DNA from: Paramoeba atlantica
Taxonomy: Eukaryota > Protista > Discosea
Length of the DNA stretch: 26,800 nucleotides
Reading direction: 5' to 3'
Assembly: GCA_977017575.1 (NCBI GenBank)
Contig: CDRNVI010000146.1
Coordinates: 1-26,800 of the forward strand
This document shows positions 1 to 8,700 of the stretch, piece after piece. How positions within the stretch are numbered: position 1 is the first letter of the stretch; every line of letters begins with the position of its first letter. The notes under the pieces are model-generated. The model saw only the letters and a program-made list of their open reading frames with translations, made no database searches and was not told where the DNA came from. The position numbers and the translations under genes are program-made.

Positions 1-2
1 AT

Positions 3-358
3 AAAGCAGAGAAGAACACATTCACATCTGTCTCAGCTTATGATGTCTGGGGGGTTGGAATTTTCATGGCCAAGCAGATTTTTAGTCCTTGTGGTTGGGT
101 TCCTGGGCTTCTTGAGTTTTTACTGTTGGATGATATTCTTGAAGGCAATCAAAAAAGTGCCAAAAAATTTTCTTTAAAGCAAGAGAGGATTCAAATCAGT
201 CGAAGGGGCATACTTTGTTGGGAGTCACATTCACACTTCCGTGTCTTTGACCGCTCGAAAAAATTGATATGTTGCAATTAATGATGAAAATTTCCCCCCT
301 GGATCGACCTTCGACTTCAGATTTATTGAGACATCCTTTTCTCCAGGAGGCTCTTTGA
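3..358 (+). pseudogene. Partial protein-kinase-like C-lobe (5' end outside the window), apparently frameshifted
   Basis: Frame 3 gives YDVWGVGIF (DVW at 42-50), resembling kinase subdomain IX DxWSxG. Frame 2 gives IDMLQLMMKISPLDRPSTSDLLRHPFLQEAL* (stop 356-358), resembling subdomain XI 'xRPxxxxLLxHPF'. The two frames join only with a 1-nt shift near 245-252. It could be a pseudogene, an unseen intron or a consensus error. Confidence 0.45.
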
Positions 359-1043
359 GAAACCAAGAAGTTCCCAAAAAAAAAGGGGTTGGGAAAAAGA
401 AGGCTCATTTTGCTCTGGGTTCTTTTTTTATTTTTTTGAGAGAAGAAAAGAGAGTTGAAGGACTTTAAAAAAAATGAAAAGGGGAAGAAGAGAAAGAAAG
501 AAAAAGAGATAGAAAAGAAAGGTAGAATGGTCATGTGGTCTCTCATTGAAAAGGACCTTCGTTTCTGAATTTTTCGAGAAAAATCGAGGTGACCCAGAAC
601 AGGTATGTGATAATGTGTTTTGTCGTGTTGGCAAAGGTTTTTTATTTTTCGTTTTCTTTCATCTTCTCTCCTTTTTATCCCCTATCTTTTTATCTCCTCC
701 TCTCTTCAAAAAACAATTCCAAGCTGCGGATGTTCCTCCTTTTTGGGGAACCACTTTGTTGAATAATTTCTCTGATTTTTGTCTCTTTTGGCCAGCACAC
801 ATCTATTTGGGAGATGGGAGGTTTTATTTTCTTTTTTTTTTTTTGGAAATCCCTCTCAGATCTGGATCTTTAAATTATTAACATCAAAAATCTCAGGAAA
901 AAAAATAAAAAAACCCGCAAAAAAAACAGCATTGCCCGAGATTTGGTCTGGCGATGCCCATTTTTGGAGCGTTCCGTTTTTCTTTTTTCGCGGTCACCAA
1001 CGAAGAGTTGATCACTTTTTTTTGATCCTTGGAGTTCATCAGG

Positions 1044-2959
1044 ATGATTTTCTTTCTCTTTTTGGTTCCTCTCCTCTTTTTGGGGGCTTCTTGTAATGAA
1101 GATTTTGGTCGTGGGAGTTCACCTCACATTATCTTTCTTATTGCTGATGACTTGGGTTACAATGATGTCGGGTTTTCCCTTGCTGGGAACAGCGGGATCC
1201 CCACTCCAAATCTCGATCAACTGGCGAGGGATGGTGTGGTACTTGACCGTCAGTACACTCAACCTTTCTGTTCTCCAACTCGATCAACTTTGATGACTGG
1301 TTCGTTTCTCCAGATCAGAAAAGAAAAGAAAAGAAAAAAGAAGAGAGTTGTGTTGTTCATAATTTTTTTTTTTTCATAGGACGATATCCTATTCGTACTG
1401 GAATGCAAAGAGGTGTCGTTTTGCCTCCAATGCCTTGGGGTCTCCCTCTCGAAGAAATTTTACTCCCTCAACTCTTAAATGAAAATCATGGCTATGCAAC
1501 TCATTTGGTTGGGAAATGGCATCTTGGGTATTATCAACCTGGTTACACTGCAGTGCAACGTGGTTTTCAGACTCACTATGGATCTTATTTCTCCACCAAC
1601 CACGTTGACCACATGAAAGTAAGGACGTTTACTGGTAAAAATTGGGCTCGAGACACCACTGAGGGTTTTTCAAACGACAATGGAAGAGGGTACTCAACAG
1701 CAGATTTGACCATCGAGGCGTTGAACATTTTAGATGCTCATGACCCTGAAACTCCAATGTATCTTCAAATGGCATATTTGGCTCCACACAGTCCGTTGGA
1801 GATTGACGAAGACCATAAGGCCCCTGCTTGTGCTGATGAAACTCTCTTTCCTTCCTCTCAAAGGAGGGTCCTTTGTACAATGGTGAATGGAGTTGTAAGT
1901 TTTTTGTTTTCTTTTTTGATTGACATTTTTTTAAAACCCGTTTTTTTTTTTTTTTTTTTTAAAAAAAAGACTAAAAATTACATCTTCTTTTTCCCTCATC
2001 CTAGGATGATTCAATTGGACAACTCATCGCGAAATTGAAAGAGAAAGGGATGTACGACAACAGTGTCATCGTATTCATCAGCGACAATGGTGGTATCCCA
2101 TCTCAAGCATCCAACTACCCATTGCGAGGTCAAAAAAGTTCTCTTCTCGAGGTAAAACCTTTTCTCAAAAATTATTAAAATCCCCTCCTTTGCTTTTTTC
2201 CCTTTTTGTCAATTCTTCCTTTTGTGTGTGTGTGTGTGTGTTGTGTGGTTGAAAAACTTAAAACAGGGAGGTGTTCGAGTTCCTGCTCTTGTGGTAGCAC
2301 CTGACCGAATCGAGAATCCAGGAGTCCGTCTCTCCGGCCCAATTCACTCTGTTGATTGGTTCACAACTTTGTTAGCATTGGCTTGTGGGAAAGGTCATTA
2401 TGAGACCACATTCCAAGATTCTGAAAATATCTCTGATTTTATTTCGGGAGAACGTTACCAAGAAACTTTCAAGCGAAGAGCCATTGATGGAATGAATGTT
2501 TGGCCATATATCTCTCAGAAAATCCCTTTCTCTCCTCGAAGCGAGGTTTTGATCAACATCGACAACAAAGTCTTTGGAGTTGGGATGGGAAATCATTCAG
2601 CAATTATTGTGAAAAACAAGTACAAGTACTTTTCCGGAGATCCTGGGTTTGTCCAAGGACTGAACTGTAATTGGGGTGATGGCCATGCCCCTCCTTTAAG
2701 TACTCCCCAGCAATTTTGTCCTTTTCCTTTAAATGGTAATCGAGAGGCGTTGATTGATCTTGAAGCTGATGTTGGAGAGACAACCAATATCATTGATGAT
2801 CATCCAAAGATTGCTAAATATGCACGAGAACGAGTGGCGCACTTTCAGAAGAAGTCTGTTGACTTTTTATATACCACTGAGGCTGACCCAAATAGCAACC
2901 CAGATTTGCATGATGGTTGGTGGACTGTTTGGGATTTCCCTGGAGGTGAACAAAATTAA
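1044..2959 (+). CDS. Secreted arylsulfatase (formylglycine-dependent, ARSB-like), ~536 aa, 4 exons
   Basis: Exons 1044-1299, 1380-1894, 2005-2151, 2267-2959; all introns are GT..AG and the frame is kept (1611 nt). Hydrophobic N-terminus MIFFLFLVPLLFLGASC. Motifs: PHIIFLIADDLG (metal ligands), CSPTRSTLMTG (CxPxR formylglycine motif, 1269-1283), GYATHLVGKWHLG, YLAPHSP, FISDNGG, SNYPLRGQKSSLLEGGVRVP, DWFTTL, IDGMNVWP. Confidence 0.95.
2223..2240 (+). repeat. (TG)9 microsatellite in sulfatase intron 3
   Basis: tgtgtgtgtgtgtgtgtg read directly from the sequence. Confidence 0.9.
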
Positions 2960-3472
2960 ATATTTCTTTTGTTAAGAATCAAAGATCAACAACTAAATTC
3001 CAAATCGAATTTCGAACATGTTCTTTTTTCAAAGCTCCTCTCAAAAGTATCACAAGAGGACTTTCCATGTCGGCCTGGAACCATAAAAAATCTCTATTTT
3101 CAAGAAATAATTTTTTTCAAGTTTACATTTTTCACAAACCCACATACCTCACAAACAAATACTCAAAAAGGCTCAGTCTCTTAAATCCAGAAACCAAAAT
3201 GAAATCAACAGAAACAAAATCAGTATCATTGCCAAAACAAGTCCCCAAACAGAAGCCAAATCCCCCCACCAGCCGCCCAGAGAGACCATTCGAACACAAA
3301 ACATATTCAACCCTCAGCAAAGAAGAGAAGTTGTTACAATCAAACTCCAGTGGAACCAAGAGAAGGAAAAGGAAGAGTAGAGCGAAGAGACCCACACCGA
3401 GACACCATCGTAGAGACGAAACTGACACACCCAATTGAGAAACAAAAGCGCATCCCCATCCAAGAAAAAAAA

Positions 3473-3515
3473 GACAGCATATTCGACTGGTCATTCACCA
3501 GTCGAATATGCTGTC
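3473..3515. repeat. Perfect inverted repeat: 19-bp arms, 5-nt loop
   Basis: gacagcatattcgactggt (3473-3491) - cattc - accagtcgaatatgctgtc (3497-3515); the arms are exact reverse complements. Confidence 0.95.
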
Positions 3516-3648
3516 CCAAAATCGAAATAACAAAAAAAGAAAAGTGACCCCCCCTCGAAGCCTTTTACACTCCTCTTCCCTCTTGTCAAAATGGACGGAC
3601 TTTTATCTATTGGGATTTCCCCTGACCTGCAAAAAACGAGGAAAATAG

Positions 3649-3867
3649 TCAGAAAAAGACCATGAGTGCAGTCATTTTAACACCCCACAGTGCAAACCCC
3701 ACAATAAAGACCTAACTCCTGTGATAAACACTCCGCCCAAGTCCTGGAATCATAAAGTCCGGACTTCGAAATTTGTAGAAAGCCTCGACGACAAATGTAG
3801 ATTTGGATGTAATGCTAGAGAAACGCATTACCACTATCTAGAATGCCCTTACAGACGGAGTGTCTAG
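3649..3867 (+). mobile_element. Possible relic of a non-LTR retrotransposon ORF2 C-terminal zinc knuckle
   Basis: Stop-to-stop frame reads ...KSWNHKVRTSKFVESLDDKCRFGCNARETHYHYLECPYRRSV*. CRFGCNARETHYHYLEC (3796-3846) resembles the LINE C-terminal C-x1-3-C-x7-8-H-x4-C / 'CxxCxxxETxxHxxxxC' motif, but the H-to-C spacing is one short. No RT domain is visible nearby. Confidence 0.45.
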
Positions 3868-4738
3868 ATAAAAAATGGAATCTAAACCAACCAAAGAAAC
3901 GAAGAAAACAAGCGAAAAGAAACGTAGAACCCCATCATTGACCAACCATCAGCGATAACGCCAAAAATGAACCGAAAACGACGTTGCATACTCATCTCTG
4001 AAGAAGATAGTATCTTTGACTGGACACAAATTCCCAAATCGAAACCAAAGAAGAAAAACCACCCCCCCCAGAAAGTATCGAATCGCCAAGAAGCCTCTTC
4101 TCTGTGAGCCAAAGAGGCAGTTGCCTTTTTGAAATTGAGACAAGAGAATCACGTGAATTTTTTCCATAACACCAGCATCAAGTATAATTCCGGGAGGTGG
4201 CAAAAGAGGCTCAAGGAGGCCAGGAAGTTCTGCAGTGAAAGTGGAGATAGAAACGTTTTTATGCAAAAATACAAATATAAAAAATCTCTTTGAGTGTGCA
4301 TGTTCGAGAAAGGGATTTGTCTTACATCCTCCGTTCAAGACATAACGAATTTCGGATTGAAAGATTACTTCATCACTGATTTCAACCAGTATTTTTTCGC
4401 CACAATAGAGATTGCCAATCTGCAGAACGGATAATTGGTAATATCGACACGATCACCTCCTTCACGAGCACCAAAAGTGGTGTTTGGGTTTGCAGGAACA
4501 CAGGCACAGAGCTTCAGAGATTGGGGTCTGCAGCAGCTCATCAAATTATTGAGAGAAAAAAACCCAAAAATGAACGTAACTTTTTAGAACCGTATTTTTA
4601 GAGCAAAATGATTTTCTTTTCTCTCGCTCTGAATTTCTCATTTTTTTATTTCCTTCTGCTTCACTCTTTCCTTTTCTCCATCAGTTTCGCTTCAAAAAGT
4701 AGATTGGAAAGGAAAACAGAACAACACAGAGATGGCTG

Positions 4739-4833
4739 ATGGCTCAGAAAAGATTCTTTTGGGATGCAATTGAAAAGAGATCAATGAAAGAGATTCTCAA
4801 ACACAAGAAATCGATCTTAACTGCAAAGATGAG
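4739..4833 (+). pseudogene. Possible orphan ankyrin N-cap exon (frameshifted)
   Basis: MAQKRFFWDAIEKRSMKEILKH then, after a 1-nt shift at ~4804, QEIDLNCKDE followed by a GT donor (gtttct, 4834). This is the same repeat position as the phase-0 introns of the ankyrin gene at 17.9-21.6 kb. No downstream ankyrin exon was found. Confidence 0.3.
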
Positions 4834-4889
4834 GTTTCTCTTTTGTTTTTTAAAGGTCTTTTACTTTTTTTTTGTGAGGTTTTGTAGTG

Positions 4890-5450
4890 GGGAGTGAGAA
4901 GAGAGGAGAAGAAGAAGAGAGAGGAGAAGAGAGAGGAGAAGAGAGAGGGGAAAAGAGAGGAGAGAGAGAAAAAAATGAACAAAAAGTTTTTTCGATCTTT
5001 GGATTGTCGCGACCAACAACAATTTCAAAGATCGAAAAAACAAAAACAAAATCGAATCGAATTTTTCTCTCTCTCTTTTCTCCTCTCTCTTTCCCTCTCT
5101 TTTCTTTTCTCTTTTCTCCCTCTCTCTTCTCCCTTATTCTTCTTCTCTTTTCTCTCTCTCTTCTCCTCTATCTTCAAATTCTTTTCTGTGGATCTTCACT
5201 TTTTCTTTCTCTCTTTCTTTCTCTCTCCCTGCTCCTTTTGTTTGTTTCTTGGGTCGAAAAATTCTTCGGCCTGAAATGAAAGAAGGAGAGAAAAGCAAAG
5301 AAGAATGGAAAAAGGAGAAGAGAGAGAAGAGAGAAAGAGAGAGGAGAGAAGAAAGAGAGAGGAGAGAGAAGAAAGAGAGAGAAAAAGAGGGAAGAGGAGG
5401 GGAGCGAGAGAAAAAAAGAAAGGGAAAAAGGAAAAAAAAAGAGAAAAAGT
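4890..5450. repeat. Low-complexity alternating purine (GA) and pyrimidine (CT) tracts
   Basis: GA-rich ~4890-4980 (gagaggagaaga-like units), CT-rich ~5060-5240, GA-rich ~5275-5450. These explain the many E/R/K and S/L/F spurious ORFs. Confidence 0.85.
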
Positions 5451-5788
5451 GGGCCAAATACGCGTTTGCAGGCCGAAAAAAAAATTTGCATGCCACGTCA
5501 CCTTAGGAGAGGTCGCAAGATGGACCAAAAATGGAATTATTTTCAATATCCAATCAAAAAAAGACACGTCATCAAAGATGACGTCACCTATTTTTTGGCC
5601 GGCTATTTTGGGGAGATCCGAGTTAAAAAACACCAAAAAAAAGACCGGAAAAAAGGCAATGAAAAACGATGCAAAAAATTTTTGGCGAAAATAAGGTGTC
5701 ACGGGTTAGACAAAATTAAGGAGGAAGAACGTTTTTCTTTTTTTTTTTTTTGCTGACTCTTTTGTTTTTGTTGGTTTGGATTCCAGCA

Positions 5789-8700
5789 ATGAAGAACATT
5801 GGTTTGTTGCTGTTTTTTTCTTCTTTTGTTGTCGGATGTTTTGCGGTTCGTCCGGAACTTGTGGACAAGAAGATGTGGTTTGTGAATGATACAATCTTAA
5901 ACGTTGACTATGAGATGGCTGTGCTTGAGATGGAGTTTGATCAAGACCTTTACCTTTCCGGAGAAACTTTTCTGTGTGGGCGAGCTGAGCAAGATTGTCC
6001 AGTGACTAGTTGTACTCCTTGTGATTGGTCGTCTCAACAGGTTTTTTTTAATCCGCACACTTTTCCTTTTTTTTTTTCCCTCTTTTTTCAATTTTTTTCT
6101 GTTCCTGTTCAAATTAAAACTTTTTTTTTAAAGCCGTCCGGGTGCGATAATGTTAATTGCTGTGGTCCAGCCCAAGTTGGTGGATCGGCTTTGGATCAAG
6201 TCAATGATTGGTGTGAACCTTCCTCGACTCCTTATCATTCTTTGACGCTGAATGAAAAATCGCCAATCTTTACCGTTGAACCACGAGAGACATCCTATTT
6301 TCGTTTTTTCATTCCAGAAGAAGCCCATTGTAAGCCATTTCAAATTTTTATTCGTCCCTTCTATGGAGCGCCCACTTTCTCTCTCTCGAATCTGTATGCT
6401 TTTCCGACGACTGAAACTGCGCAGTGGAGAAAGGGGAGAGTCCCACCGAACTCTGGATGGGCCCAAAACTCGTTCGCGGTTTGCCCAAATGCCCATGCTG
6501 ATTATCAATTGGGAACTTACTCTCTCGCTGTTTTTTCTTGGTACAGTTCGTCTTTTTATGTTGAAGTCGTTGTTTCTCCCCAGGACTATCCCTTGGTCCC
6601 TCCTCCTGATAGAATCCTTTGTGCGGATGTTCCTGCTAGTGAGTTAACCGACGCACAAGCTGGGAGTAGTGAACCTGTTTTCTGTCTCCAGGATACTGAG
6701 TCGCTCCAATTGGATTATGATGAATCTCACGCAGGGGACAGGAATCAATTTGTTCTCCCACTCACGCCAGGTTTTTCTTACTTTTTCATTTTTTTTTTTG
6801 AACCTCAAAACTACTTTTTCTCTTTTTTTTTTGGGGGGGGGAGGGAAATTTTCTGAAAAAATTATTTGACTTGCTTTCTTTTTTGGGATACTAATTTTTT
6901 TTTTCCACAAAACAAGGGTGTCACCAAGTTTCATTTGCTGTCACCGGAACAGAGCCTGGTACCGATACGGATATCAATTGCCTCCCCAAAGACATCACAA
7001 GCACTGTTCTTGGTGCCAACTCCATGATTACACGAATTACTACAGGAGATGATCGTTTTACTTTCTCAGTGTGCTCTGAAGATGTTTCTTATCTACGATG
7101 TGCAGCTCAATTTTGGGTTCCAGGACCATCATCTTTGATTTTTTCCACAGTTTCTATTCCTTATCGGGTTCCTTTGGCCCCGACTACAACTACTCCATCT
7201 GCGGGAATAACTTATCAAGAAGGCATAACTGCTGTATCCTCTGGTATTTTTGGGATAGGGAGTTCCCCATGCTCAGATTTCAATTCTGTCTGCAAAGAGT
7301 GGATTGTACCTCCAATTTCTGACCCTCTGATCTTCTGGCCTCCTCCTCCACAGATCCCAAAAATTGACACTGAAAATACAAATGTCTATCAAGACTATTT
7401 CGATGCAACAAATGCCCAGCCACTCGACAACACTTTAATTATTGTTCTTACTTTAAAAGCTGGGACACAAGTGATCTACGAACGCTCTGAACTGGACAAG
7501 GTCGCTATGGCAATTATGTATGTCACCAACGAATTTGGTGAGCCTCCTCTACTTCCCAACAATGCAATTGATCTCAACGAGAAGACTCAAGCCTCGCCGA
7601 GTCAGTACTTATCAACAATTTCGCTCTCTTCCTTCCCGGTCGTTAATCTTGCAGAACTTTGTGATCAAACGAGTTATGACACACTCCAAAATGTTGTGAA
7701 TTCACAGTTAACGGAAATTCTCGAGTCAGATTCACCACAGACCATTGAATTTCATAAAGTTTGTTTATTTATTTATTTAAAAATAATAGAGAAACAACTG
7801 ATTAACTTACTAAATCAAAATCATTTCTTCCTTTTCTCCACACACAACACACACACAACACACACACACACACACACAGTATGTTTTGGACATCTTAAAT
7901 GCTGGGATTGCTGGTACTTCTTGCACACAGGCTGCAATCGAAGCGATGAATGTTCGTCTTGAGAATGTCACCCTCGTGGATTATGATATTTGTCCACCGA
8001 CCGAAATCGAAAGAGAAGAGGAGCAGTTTACAACTGCAGATGTTTCTACATGTGGCGTCCCTGAATGTGCTGAGACATATTTTGAAGATCTTGCACAAGC
8101 TTTAAATAATGTGGATAATCTTGCTCAAGGGTGTTCCTCTGGTGTCCAGGTCTTTTTTCTGTTTCCTCCAATTTTTCTTCTTCGTTTCAAGAATTTCTTT
8201 TTCTATTTGACTTCATTTGAATTTTTCTAACGTTTTGTTCTCTTCCTGCAGGATATTCAATTTGAGTTAGCCTCTGTCGTAGAAAAGCAATTGGAGAGAG
8301 TTGTAAGAGATTGTCTCAATCAAGTGGGGCTTGGCGGTATGTTTTGAATTGTGTTTAACCCATCCTCTCAAAAAAAAAAAAAGAAAACTAATCTTCAAGT
8401 TAATTTTTTCCCTCTCTTTCTTTTGTGACACAGATGATTTCATGGGGATTGATTGCTCAGCTGATTTTGAGTGTGCACAATGGTCTGGGAGGTGCAATCA
8501 TCAAACAAAAAAATGTGTGATTGGAACCTTATCAGAAGTTGAAGATGCTTACCTTCAATGTTACATCTCTAAAATGACTTCCTCATTGGAGGACTATCTG
8601 CGTCTCAATGTCCTTCCTCCAGAAGCAGCTTCTGCACCTACTGATTCTGAACTATTTTTTCTGGGATTAAAATCTGCTGCTTTAGTGGATGATTGTATTA

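Noticed and set aside
540-830. Possible small spliced gene (cag|gtatgt at 604, exon-like 724-820)
   Set aside because: Splice phases do not join into a consistent frame, there is no recognisable product, and no supported start or stop.
3949-4545. Minus-strand ORF 3949-4338 and upstream frames (e.g. FGAREGGDRVDITNYP)
   Set aside because: No motif recognised; the candidate intron (gtaaga..cag) creates a stop; it overlaps the + strand DSIFDW relic. Unsupported as a gene.
4797-5756. Many E/R/K-rich and S/L/F-rich ORFs on both strands
   Set aside because: Translations of GA/CT low-complexity DNA.
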